From the human T2T-CHM13v2.0 reference genome, Homo sapiens, in the NCBI RefSeq assembly GCF_009914755.1, contig NC_060926.1: 64,000 bases of DNA; one strand, given 5' to 3'. Under the pieces are notes generated by a model. The model was not told where the DNA came from. It worked only from the letters and a program-made list of their open reading frames with translations, and ran no database searches. Positions within the stretch are counted from its first letter, which is position 1. The number at the start of each line of letters is the position of its first letter. Positions 1 through 11,861 of this stretch are shown here, one piece after another. The position numbers and the translations under genes are program-made.

Positions 1-541
1 TACGTGGTAAAACCATGCCTGAAAAGACCTTTGGAAAATCAGGAGGTTGCTGGAGCCCTTGGAGAGAGCTTTGGTGTCTGTGACATGTGGAAGTGGAAGC
101 CAGATTGAGGAGGGGGTGCGAGGGAAGGGGTGAAGCAGCTGGCCAGTGTGTTCTCTCCTGCAGCATGACTGAAACAGGGAGGGGGCAACCAGGAACCCAC
201 AGCTGGAGAAGGACGCTGGGCAGGGGTGGGACAGTTTGCTGGGAAGGATGAGACTCCAGTGTGTGGGAGCTGATCAATGGGAGAATGGAAGGTATGGGGG
301 AGACGGAGGCCTCTGCAGAGGGAGAGGATAGCACAGGAGCCAGGACTGAAGGGAACAGTGGCTCTAGACTGAGGGTAATGGGCCTGAAGGTAGGCCCCTT
401 CCCCTGTGAAGGCGGCATTATCTGAGGAGCCGTGAGGGATGGGCAGCAACAGCTTGGGAATGCCGCCTGAGGTCAGTGGAAATGAAGCTGAGGGCAAGAC
501 AGTTAGGGCCCCACTGTTCCAGCATTGTGGGAATTGCGGCG

Positions 542-543
<2 letters not shown>

Positions 544-578
<35 letters not shown>
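544..578. repeat. (GT)n microsatellite
   Basis: About 17 perfect GT units. Confidence 0.95.
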
Positions 579-581
<3 letters not shown>

Positions 582-1016
582 GGAAGGGTTCCTGGCAGAG
601 TCAGGTGTGGATGGATTTGGAGGTCCCTTGAAGAAACTTCCTTCAGGTCAGCCTGAAGTGTGAGGGACTCTGAGGGGGTGCAATGCATGCCAGCCATCCC
701 CTCCTTGCAGCCCTGCCTCACCCCAAAACTTCAGGTGGGCCTGGGGCTGAGGTGCTTGGATGTTTGTCGTAAGAGCTTCTAACTCTGCTGCTCCACCCGG
801 CTCTCAGTGGCTCAGGACTGAGAGGCCTCAGCAGGGGCAAGGAGAGGAGGCAGTGAGGAGGGAAGGCTCTGGAGGAAGAGGGCGTGGCAGAGGGTCTTCC
901 AGGCAATGCCAGGGAGGCCCAGGGCATGGGGGTGAGGAGCTAGAACTGAGCTCTGAGCCCTCCTCTGAGGTTGGGGCTTCTGGGCAGGCAGCCCCCTTAG
1001 AGGCCCTCCCTTGTAG

Positions 1017-1140
1017 GTATTCGGCCTTGGTTCTGTGGCCCATATGGTTCTAAATAAAACATATGGGAGCTACCTTGGTGTCAACTTGGGTTTTGGCTTC
1101 GGGGTCACCATGGGAGTCCACGTGGCAGGCCGCATCTCTG
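1017..1140 (+). CDS. AQP7P: AQP7-like exon (VFGLGSVAHMVLNKTYGSYLGVNLGFGFGVTMGVHVAGRIS-G)
   Basis: Acceptor ttgtag ends at 1016, donor gtgagt starts at 1141; 124 nt, open frame. Confidence 0.88.
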
Positions 1141-1344
1141 GTGAGTGAGCCCAGGGCCTACCAGACTGGGCAAGACCAGGTGTCCCCAACAGGCTCTTTC
1201 CTGCCCACCTCAGCCAGCTCCTTTCCCAGCACAGCCAGTGCCTCAGCCTGGCCACCGGGCAGGAGGAAGTCTCCTCTGAACCCCGTGCCTATGACTTGTC
1301 TGCCCCAGATTCTTTCTGGGCCCCCCTGACCTACCATTTTCACT

Positions 1345-1480
1345 GGCTGGGTCATCTTAGGCAAGCCATCGCCTTCTGTGTTCCTCAGTTTCCTTAAGAG
1401 TGAAGGTGGCCCCTGCCTCACGGGGTGGTTGTGAGGGCTCAAGGAGAGAGCTCTGTCACAGAGCATGCTGTCATACACAC
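1345..1480 (+). mobile_element. MIR fragment (intronic)
   Basis: gggtcatcttaggcaagcc...cctcagtttcc...ggttgtgaggg resembles the MIR core. Confidence 0.5.
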
Positions 1481-1561
1481 TAGCCATCGTTGTTCTCATA
1501 CTGTTTGTCACTGTTGTTTGTTCTGCTCTCACTCCCTGACACACTTGCCTGCTGCCCGCAG

Positions 1562-1699
1562 GAGCCCACATGAATGCAGCTGTGACCTTCACTAACTGTG
1601 CGCTGGGCCGCGTGCCCTGGAGGAAGTTTCCAGTCCATGTGCTGGGGCAGTTCCTGGGCTCCTTCCTGGCAGCTGCCACCATCTACAGTCTCTTCTACA
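1562..1699 (+). CDS. AQP7P: AQP7-like exon with first NPA-type motif (AHMNAAVTFTNCALGRVPWRKFPVHVLGQFLGSFLAAATIYSLFY)
   Basis: Acceptor ccgcag ends at 1561; 138 nt; donor is non-canonical gcaagt at 1700. Confidence 0.85.
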
Positions 1700-1907
1700 G
1701 CAAGTGTGCTGCCTGGGTGTCCACCTCTGGCCTCAGCCGCCTCCTATGAAATATGGGCAGATTGGACCTCAGTGTCCTGATTTGTAAAAAATAGCTGGGA
1801 GAAAAAAGCCTTGGAGCTCCCCCACCCTCTAACCTATAACCTCATTTCTGGGACCCCAGTGGGGCTTAGTTGGGGGCAGGTTCGCATGATAGTCTGTGTC
1901 TCCGCAG

Positions 1908-2026
1908 CGGCCATTCTCCACTTTTCGGGTGGAGAGCTGATGGTGACCGGTCCCTTTGCTACAGCTGGCATTTTTGCCACCTACCTTCCTGATCACATGA
2001 CATTGTGGCGGGGCTTCCTGAATGAG
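1908..2026 (+). CDS. AQP7P: AQP7-like exon (AILHFSGGELMVTGPFATAGIFATYLPDHMTLWRGFLNE)
   Basis: Acceptor ccgcag ends at 1907, donor gtcagt starts at 2027; 119 nt; contained in ORF 1811..2044. Confidence 0.88.
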
Positions 2027-2236
2027 GTCAGTGGTCCAGGATGAGTACCCCTCCCCCTGCCCTCCACCCCTCAGGACAGAGCCAGCAGGGAGTCCCTCCA
2101 GATAGACAGGACAAGAACTCTGGATGGAGACTGTACTGAGACGTCTCTCTGCTGGTGGGCTTGGGTCTGGGCCACTGCCGATGTCCTGTGGCTTGGGGAG
2201 GGGCCCAGGTGAGCTGCCACAGCATCTGCTCCTCAG

Positions 2237-2454
2237 GAGTGGCTGACCAGGATGCTCCAGCTGTGTCTCTTCACCATCACGGACCAGGAGAACAACCCAG
2301 CACTGCCAGGAACACACGCGCTGGTGATAAGCATCCTCGTGGTCATCATCAGGGTGTCCCATGGCATAAACACAGGATATGCCATCAATCCATCCCGGGA
2401 CCCGCCCCCCAGCATCTTCACCTTCATTGCTGGCTGGGGCAAACAGGTCTTCAG
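2237..2454 (+). CDS. AQP7P: AQP7-like exon with second motif GYAINPSRD
   Basis: Acceptor cctcag ends at 2236, donor gtactg starts at 2455; 218 nt; matches ORF 2252..2485. Confidence 0.88.
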
Positions 2455-2812
2455 GTACTGCCCCTGCCCAGGCCCATTCCTTTGAGTTTTTCTGTGGAGC
2501 TCCTGTGTGTTGAGGGGTGGGGGGTGATGTGAGGGGCAGCACAGGAGGGTCCTGCAGAGCCCCCAGGTGGCCTGGGGAGCAGGAGTGAGTCCCAACATTT
2601 CCCCAGGCCAGTACAGATACAGATCCTGCACCTGCACTGAGTATCAACCCTGTCCCTGAATCGGGCTGAGGCTGACCAGGGCCCTGGGTTGGGGGTGTTT
2701 CCTGGGGTAGCCTGGGGATGACTCCTCTGCTCAACCAGTCTTCGCCCAAGGTGGATGAGGGTGCTGTCCTGGGCATCAGCCCCCTCAGCAGGCCTCTGCC
2801 TCTTGCCTGCAG

Positions 2813-3098
2813 CGATGGGGAGAACTGGTGGTGGGTGCCAGTGGTGGCACCACTTCTGGGTGCCTCTCTAGGTGGCATCATCTACCTGGTCTTCATTGGC
2901 TCCACCATCCCACGGGAGCCCCTGAAATTGGAGGACTCTGTGGCGTATGAAGACCACGGGATAACCGTATTGCCCAAGATGGGATCTCATGAACCCATGA
3001 TCTCTCCCCTCACCCTCATCTCCGTGAGCCTTGCCAACAGATCTTCAGTCCACTCTGCCCCACCCTTACATGAATCCATGGCCCTAGAGCACTTCTAA
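2813..3098 (+). CDS. AQP7P: AQP7-like terminal coding exon (DGENWWWVPVVAPLLG...ESMALEHF*)
   Basis: Acceptor ctgcag ends at 2812; TAA at 3096-3098; matches ORF 2718..3098 and the AQP7 C-terminus. Confidence 0.9.
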
Positions 3099-3130
3099 GC
3101 AGAGATTATTTGTGATCCCATCCCTTCCCC

Positions 3131-3136
3131 AATAAA
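3131..3136 (+). terminator. Polyadenylation signal AATAAA of the AQP7-like gene
   Basis: AATAAA 32 nt after the stop codon. Confidence 0.7.
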
Positions 3137-4044
3137 GCAAAGCTTGTCCCACAGCAGTACCCCCACTTCCTGGGGGCCTCCTGTGGTTGGGCTTCCCTCC
3201 TGGGTTCTTCCAGGAGCTCTAGGGCTATGTCTTAGCCCAAGGTGTAGAGGTGAGGTGCCTCAAGTCTTTCATGCCCTGGGAACTGGGGTGCCCCAGGGGG
3301 AGAATGGGGAAGAGCTGACCTGCGCCCTCAGTAGGAACAAGGTGAGATGAAAGAATGACAGAAACAGAATGAGGGATTTTCAGGCAAGGGGGAAGGAAGG
3401 GCGGTTTTGGTGAAAGGACCGTAGCTGACTGGTGGGGGGCTGGCTTTGGAAATAATTTGAGGGGATCCTGAGATTGGACTCTAGACTCTCCCCTGGTTCT
3501 TCCCTTCCCCGAGTTCTGGCCGGTTCTTGGACCAGACAAGGCAAGGCCCAAGAAGGTAGATCAGAATTTTTTAGCCTTTTTTCATTAGTGCCTTCCCTAG
3601 TATTCTTCTAGATTTTTTTTTTCTTAATCACATGAAATTTTAATACCACAGATATACTATATATCTGTTTATGTTCTGTATATGTTCTGTGCTTTATACG
3701 TAAAAAAGAGTAAGATTTTTTTTCACCTCCCCTTTTAAGAATCAGTTTTAATTCCATTGAGAATGCTTGTTATAGATTGAAGGCTGGTAAGGGGTTGGGC
3801 TCCTCTTTCTTCTTCCTGGTGCCAGAGTGCTCCCACATGAAGGAATAGGAAAGGAAGATGCAAAGAGGGAAATCCTTCGAACACATGAAGACACAGGAAG
3901 AGGCCTCATAGGCCTCCAAGGGCTCCAGGGAAGCAGCTGCAGAGGTTGGGTGGGGTGGGGGGCCAGGATCCACTGACCCTGGGGCCAGGCAGGAAACACT
4001 CTATTGCCTGGGGCTCAGAAGGCAGCATCACCCATGGTTCCTGT

Positions 4045-4780
4045 CATTGCTCATGCATTTTGCCTTTCAACAATTATTGTGCACCTACTGTGTGCAGGCC
4101 CTGTCTGGACACTGGGGATGCGCAGTGGATGCACTGGGCTCTGCCTTTGAGGGCTGCAGTTTAATGGGCGACAGGTAATTATAAGGAAGAAGGTGAGTGC
4201 AGAGTGGGAGGCTTGGAGGCAGTGGGGCTTGGGGTGGGAGAGCTCACATCCAGCCTCTGAGCCAAGGCCAGGAGGCTTCCCAGAGGAGGAGACAGAGCAG
4301 GGTATTGTGGTGGGGGGTGTCCTTTTTGGGGCTGGGAGCTGCACTTTACAGTTTGAGGGGATGGGCAGAGGAGGCTGGGCTTCGTTCTGGAGGTGGGGAC
4401 ATGGTAAGGTGAGGTTTAGAAAGCACACCTGAGCCACAGTGTGTAGGATGCTGGAAATGGTGGAGATGGGCCTGCAAAGAGAGTGCTGGGAAGTGATGAC
4501 CCAGGAGCAGCAGCCAGGCACCTAACAATGGGTCAGCACCATGGGCGTGGAGACGAGGGCCGGGATTGATCAATACCCGAGAAGTACAATGTACAGGACT
4601 TGGGTTCCATTTGGATGGAGTGGGTGAGGGAGAGGGAGGAGTCAGAAATGGCTTCCAGTTTCCAGCTTGGGCCTGGGGATTAGAGATGTCCCCACTGAGA
4701 GTAGGGCACAAGTGAGGAAATGGTTTGGAGAGAAAGATGATAAGTTACATCATGGATGTGCTGAGTCTGAGTTGCCTATG
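4045..4780 (-). mobile_element. L2 fragment(s)
   Basis: tcaacaattattgtgcacctactgtgtgcaggcc...ctggggat is typical of the L2 3' end in reverse orientation; degenerate. Confidence 0.55.
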
Positions 4781-4807
4781 GGACTTGGAATGGGGGGTGG
4801 AAAAAGG

Positions 4808-4975
4808 TGTGTGATCTTGAGCAAGATATTCAACTCTTCTGGGCCTTGGTCTTCTCATTTGTAAAATGATGATAAGAATATTACTTCCCATTTGTGTTGC
4901 TGTGAATATTAAGTGCGCTACCACATGTAAAATGTTGAGAATCGTTTCTAGCTCAGAGTAAGTGCTCAATAAACA
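4808..4975 (+). mobile_element. MIR
   Basis: tgtgatcttgagcaag...tctcatttgtaaaatg...agtaagtgctcaataaa MIR core and 3' end. Confidence 0.65.
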
Positions 4976-5109
4976 CAGTTATGCCTTTTATATGGTCTGG
5001 AGCTCAGAAGTGGAAGACAGGGTTTTGTGAAGTCATGGCTTTGTGGATGTAGCTAGAGTGTGGAGTAATGACAGGAGGGTCGGGGGCACGGCACAAGGTA
5101 GGTGGTCAA

Positions 5110-5960
<851 letters not shown>

Positions 5961-7121
5961 CATATTGTTTGTATGAGATATATATATATATACACACACA
6001 CACGCACACATACATGTAGATGATTGCTGACAAGGAGTTTCTAAAGATAATATATATATTTTTAGGTAAAATAGAATAACATTCTGCTTCTGGTCTTCAT
6101 AATAAAAGAGAAATCAGGACTAAGAAATCAAGTGTTTATTATATAGAGTTTTAATTTTTATTCTTTTATTTATTGATTTATCTTCTTTAGGCATGTGCAG
6201 AGATGAACTCACTAATTGTTCAAAATAAACAATTTGAATTCAAAGCAAAGTATATTTTTGGAATATCAATTATCACTTATTGCAGATAAATGATAATGTA
6301 AAACACCAACTTTGGAATTTATTTGTTTTACTTCTGTGACTCTCAGCCTTCTTTTTAAAATATAGTGTATGTTTTAGGTAAGTCCAGACAGCAGCCAGCA
6401 CTACATTTGGTTTAAAATCCAGCTTTATAATGACTACATCTTTCAACCAGCCAAAGGCTAGTTACCTTGTGTCCGCCATCGTGCATATGCTCTCAACTGT
6501 TGACTGAGAAAACATGCCTGCAAGCACTTCCCTGCCTGAGATTATATTAAAAATCCATACCTGGGCTAGCAGCATGAGTTCAAGTTGATTATTGTTCTAG
6601 ATCTGTGACTTCCCATTCATCCTCCTAAAGATATAAATGATTGCTTTCCAATAGACCACATAATTAGGAATGATTATGAAGGCAAGGTTTAGTAACAATA
6701 ATATACATAGCACTCTAATGGGATTGAATTGGAACACCCACATTAAACTCTCTTAAAATATGTGGAGCAGAACACATGAGAGAAAGCAAAAGAACAAGCG
6801 CACACAGCAGAGCTGCGAGTTGCATACTCTGTGCATGCTAATACCATCGCAACAACATCACTAAGGCTTCTGGGTGACGTTTGCCGCATCATATTGTGAC
6901 GTGCATTTGTTTTTATATTTTACCCTAAAAGGCAAAATAACTCTCCATGTGATGACAGAGGGAGCACACACAAAAAAAACCCTCTCAGAAATATTAAAAT
7001 GGTTACAGGTAATTCAAATGGTATACTGTTTTAAAAGGTACTTGTCTAATACTTTAAGTTGGAAAAGCATCTTGGAAGTCATTAGATCCATATTTACATT
7101 ACTTGAATTGTGACCCTAGCT

Positions 7122-7389
7122 TGACATTTCCATGGTGGGAGACATATTTTATTTAGGAGGCAGAAGTCTATTTAGTTTTTGAGAGCTTAATCGATAGATG
7201 GTTCAGGTTTTCTACTGAACCAAAATCTAAATGCCTACCCATTGGTTTTGGTAGCCAACGTCAATATCCAACTGCTCTTTCACACAACATGGCTTCAAAG
7301 GCTATGTAACTAACATCATGTCACTGCACCTATGTCTTTTTAAAGCCAAGTACCTCTAGTGCCCCTCATTATAGCTCATATTTCAAGGT
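7122..7389 (+). repeat. 268-bp direct repeat, copy 1 (copy 2 at 11594-11861)
   Basis: Ungapped match at offset 4472 with ~8 mismatches. Confidence 0.95.
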
Positions 7390-7424
7390 ATCTTTCAGCA
7401 ACAATGAATTGCATTAATCAAACT

Positions 7425-7612
7425 CACTTTTTTTGTGTGTGCTTCACTTTATAGCTCTTCACAAATAACACATTTTTCACAAATTGAAGGTTTGTGGCAA
7501 TCTTGCATCAAGCAAGTCTATTCATTCTATTTTTCCAACAACATGTGCTCACCTGGTGTCTCTATTTGACATTTTAGTAATTATCACAACATTTCACATT
7601 TTTAAATTATTA
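7425..7612 (+). mobile_element. Tigger1 DNA transposon 5' fragment
   Basis: acaaattgaaggtttgtggcaa...caagcaagtctatt...tttttccaacaacatgtgctcac matches the Tigger1 5' region as recalled. Confidence 0.75.
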
Positions 7613-8055
7613 TTATTATTTTAAATATTTTAACTTTTATTTTAGGTTCATGGGAACATGTGCAGGTTTGTTCTTTAGGTAAATTCGTGACTCAGGGGTT
7701 TGATGTACAGATTATTTTGTCACCTGAATAGTAAGCATAGTACCCAACAATTTTTTTCCCCTGAACCTCACCCATCTCTCATCCTCCTCCCTCAAGCACA
7801 CCCCAGTGTCTATTGTGCTGCTCTTTCTGTCAATGTGTTCTTATTATTTAGCTCCCATTGATAAGTGAAAATAGGGAGTATTGGGTTTTCTGATCCTGTG
7901 TTACTTTGCTAAGGATAATGGCCTCCAAGCTCCATCCATGTTGCTGCAAAGGACAGATCTCATTCTTTTTTATGGCTGCATAGTAATTCATGATGTATAT
8001 ATACCGTACTTTCTTTTTCCAGTCTACCACTGATGGGAATTTAAGTTGATTCCTG
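7606..8055 (-). mobile_element. Older L1PA/L1PB 3'-end fragment
   Basis: ttttaacttttattttaggttc...catgtgcaggtttgtt 3' UTR; ORF 7848..8030 resembles the L1 ORF2 C-terminus (YYAAIKKNE). Confidence 0.85.
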
Positions 8056-9482
8056 GGTATCTATTACCTAAATTACATATAAAAGCAGAAAAGAAAAATG
8101 ACAAGTAGAACATGAAAGTTAAACAGTATCTTTTCAGGTTCAATGACATAAATATTCTTATTATCTAAAGGTATACAGTCTAATGTTTTATTTCCTATAG
8201 TGCTTTTATAGCAAAACAGTTTTCAGAATTAGATAAACCAGATTGAGGCCCCAGTCTTACTACCTATTAGCTAGGTAAACTTGAGCTTTTGGATTTTCAG
8301 ATTCAGATCTCGCAGGCAAATAAGATTTATTTGATATTACTTGAGGATGACCATGTCTATCTTGCAGATTATTATGGTAATGAGTTTATTTATGTGGATT
8401 GTTTTAGGATATTTTAAAACTATGTACAGACCTAAAAAAAATCCTCATAATCTTTGCAGAACTGGGGAGGCATACAGACATAATACAACTGTAGGAGTTA
8501 CTGTTTCTCATGCTTTTGTTTTCTAACTGCTCTGGCCACTGTTTTAGAAGGAAGGGTGAATATATGTAAATATTCCTGAAAAAATAAAGTTTTAGAATAT
8601 TAAATTATTACATATTTCATTCAGAATTTTTTGAAAGGTAAAACCAACGATTGAACGTAGTTCATGGGATGATCTGGTCCATATTCATCTACCATGATTT
8701 AACAAATTTTTTTCTCATCTATTGATGAGGAAAAAATTAAGGGGAAATGTAGAAATGTAAGGTAAATGATCTGCAAAGAAATAAACACAGGAGGTATGTG
8801 GGAATGTAACTGTGTAGGTCCGCAGGCAAACTAGGTGAAGGAGGAAGGTGAGGAAGAAAGGCATTTAAGACTTACTCTTTCTGTTTTCTTCTCAATTTTA
8901 AAGCCTGATGGAATATAATTTTCTCTACAGTAAACGTTGAATGAAAATCAGTTTTGTGTGTGTTAATAATGACTTCACCAAGAGCATTTGAAGCTCTATC
9001 ATATTTTGATGCTCAAAATAAAACATTGTTTTTATAGCTTAATAGTCTCATACAGTCAATTATTGCCTCCCCTCCAGACTGACACTTTGAACATTATTAT
9101 TAACACTGCTGTCCTTAAACCATCATCGGCCTGCAGTGCAGACAATTTATTGATAGCTAATAAAACAGTGTTCAGATGCTGCCTGAGGGCAGGATTCAGA
9201 ATTGTCATACCAATGCATAACCACATTTGATTTTTTGGAACAAGTTCCATTACTTAAAAATCATGGTTTCATTTTCTTATTTTTATATCTAGATTTTAAC
9301 ATTATATGCATGCCTATATAAGCATTAAATATGTTATTCAGTTATGTGTGAGTGTAACTCAAATTTCTTGTAATGTGTATGTACAGTTTAATATAAGACA
9401 GATTATTGATTAGGAAATAGTTAACAATTAATAATAGACATTGGCCAACCTCAATTACTAAACCAGAAAGAAAGTTTATTTA

Positions 9483-9545
9483 TTTATTTTATTATTTATT
9501 TTTTTATTATACTTTAAGTTTTAGAGTACATGTGCACCATGTGCA
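9483..9545 (-). mobile_element. Extremely 5'-truncated L1PA 3' tip
   Basis: (TTTA)n tail plus ttattatactttaagttttagagtacatgtgcac; flanking AGTTTATTTA at 9473-9482 and 9545-9554. Confidence 0.8.
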
Positions 9546-9970
9546 GTTTATTTAAATGTATTGACTGTTTTTTAGTCACTACACAAATCATCTAAAAGAA
9601 AATACCACAGATGAAACCTGCAGATCCACTAACTGGTTATCAGTTTATCAAGACTGATCGTGTCCACTCCCTTCAGAAATCACATGGATTTGTGCATTAT
9701 GCAGATCTTTTTTGGTCTTCCCCATCTTTTCCCATCCTGAACTAGAAGTAGAAGCCTATTGCATTTTTATCTGGTACTTTCTTTTGCATTTAGTAGAAAT
9801 ACATACACATACTACCCTAGGCTACTCCGCAGTACATTAAAATTTCCTTTTGCTTTCCAGTAATTTCAAATATCTCAACTAAATTTCTCAGTTGAAAAAT
9901 CAAAGTTTTAATTCTTATCCATCTTTCAACATAAAAACTTTTAATATTGATTATAATGTGTTGCCTGCAC

Positions 9971-10268
9971 TTTTTTTGTTTTGTTTTGTTTTGAGACGGA
10001 GTTTCACTGTGTTGCCCAGGCTGGAATGCAGTGGCTAGATCTCAGCTCATTGAAATGTCCCGAGTTTAAGCAACTCTCCTGCCTTAGCCTCCTCAGTAGC
10101 TGGGATTACAGGCAAGCACCACCATGCCTTGCTAATTTTTGTATTTTTATTAGAGATGGGGTTTCACCATGTTGGCCAGGCTGGTCTCGAACTCCTGACC
10201 TCAGGTGATCCTCCTGCCTCGGGCTTCCAAAGTGCTGGGGTTACAGGTGTGAGCCACCCTGTCTGGCC
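9971..10268 (-). mobile_element. AluS
   Basis: Both arms, (TTTTG)n tail, small deletion in the right arm. Confidence 0.92.
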
Positions 10269-11593
10269 CAGCAGCCTTAATAGATACATAAATCTTACTC
10301 TATTAATTGAACTAAGAACATCTTTATAATTTTCCAAATATCATTTATAATTATTAAATATTAAAACATATTTATTCTGCTTACCAAACTTTGCATCTCC
10401 TCAGAATGCCTAAATATTTTGCCATATGAAGGTTCCAGTGGAAGTTTCAGATGATACATTTTGATGGCAAATGGTGAATTTTCCTATTGAAAAATATGTT
10501 GATTACAAGAAATAAGAGAGACGGTAGATTTTCAAAACCTTTTCAAACTATTTCAGATGAATATTCAGAATTATTTTACTTATAGATTGCACTCTTCTAA
10601 GGCACTTACATATTCTGACAACTACGTGTTTTTGAAGCAAATTTTGACTGAATTAATAAATGACAGCACAGATCAAAATTTAAAAACTTACAAAATTCTC
10701 AATAGATTTCACAATTGTGCAAAGTCCCATGCTTTCTTTTAATATTGTATACTTATTATACTTTTAAAGGGTACTTTTTAACAGTTGATTTATTATCAAA
10801 TAAACTTTCTATAATTTGACAGAACAACATAAACTCTTGTTTTTCTCCTTTCTACCTAGAACATACATATGATAGTTGAGAAAGACACATATTCTGATCA
10901 TGAAGAAATAAACACAAGTTAAATATGACTAAGCAGAAAGATGGAAGGACCAGGAACGGTGATGCTAACTTGGAACCACGATGCAGGCTCTAAACTCCTC
11001 TAAAATCATCCTCCCTTGTGAGAAAAATACATAAGTCACTCTTAAAATAAATAGAAACCTGAACACACTTCTTAGCTGGTTTAAGTATTTTAAAAACATT
11101 GATGAATTAAACACAGAAATATGGGGAAATCTCATTACTTACCTTAAATTTTGAAATTTTCTTTACAGATCATGAGTTACTTAATGCTCTTTCACTCCTG
11201 AGTTTACATTGTAAATTAAAGTTATGTCAGCTTTAAAAAATAACCAATTAAAAATAATTATCTAAATTTATACTTTAATTTTAACTAATAGTATGATCTC
11301 TTATTATTTACCTCTGATAAAGTCCAAATGTTTGTAGGCCTATAGCTCTGGTTATATACAATGAAATATCTTTCTCATGAGTGTAGAATATCTAGATTAT
11401 ATTTAATGCATTTACTTTTTGAGGAAAAGGAAACCCTTAATAAAATAGCTTCAAATATTTGGTTTTAAAAAATGAGAAAACAAACACATTACAGGACTTT
11501 TGGATTTATCACCAACATGTGAAGGGCTCAGAAGTTGTCACTCCTGACCTTACAATTATAATAATAATAAAAGCTATACAAATTGAAAATCAA

Positions 11594-11861
11594 TGACATT
11601 TCCACAGTGGGAGACATATTTTATTTAGGAGGCAGCAGTCTATTTAGTTTTTGAGAGCTTAATCAATAGATAGTTCAGGTTTTCTAGTGAACCAAAATCT
11701 AAATGCCTACCCATTGGTTTTGGTAGCCAACGTCAATATCCAACTGCTCTTTCACACAACATGGCTTCAAAGGCTATGTAACTAACATCATGTCACTGCA
11801 CCTATGTCTTTTTAAAGCCAAGTACTTCTAGTGCCCCTCATTCTAGCTCATATTTCAAGGT
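11594..11861 (+). repeat. 268-bp direct repeat, copy 2, fused to the truncated 3' end of an L1
   Basis: ~97% identical to 7122-7389. Confidence 0.95.

Larger units (their letters stand above)
1017..3136 (+). pseudogene. AQP7P: Unprocessed AQP7 paralog/pseudogene (aquaporin-7-like, AQP7P1/AQP7P3-type); last five coding exons plus 3' UTR, 5' exons lie upstream of the window
   Basis: Five AG-bounded exons of 124, 138, 119, 218 and 286 nt splice to 294 aa, VFGLGSVAHMV...HESMALEHF*. The AQP7-specific NAA and NPS motifs are present. About 20 substitutions versus the AQP7 protein as I recall it, plus a GC donor at 1700, argue for a duplicated copy rather than AQP7 itself. Which paralog it is cannot be determined without alignment. 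Confidence 0.9.

Noticed and set aside
575-606. CREGFLAES in ORF 439..663 resembles AQP7 VREFLAEF
   Set aside because: The match is short, is preceded by a (GT)n repeat, does not continue as MSTYVMM and has no suitable splice context, so it is treated as coincidence.
1829-2881. 350-aa ORF on the - strand, the longest in the window
   Set aside because: It is antisense to AQP7-like exons and GC-rich introns, is Pro/Gly-rich and has no recognisable domain, as expected for a shadow ORF.
6860-6910. Two TGACGT CRE-like half-sites with local CpGs
   Set aside because: Too short to support a regulatory call from sequence alone.
7883-8055. Idea that the L1 fragment after repeat copy 1 and the L1 after copy 2 are parts of one larger duplication
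   Set aside because: By eye the two L1 segments are far more diverged (roughly 80%) than the 97%-identical 268-bp copies, so they are independent insertions.
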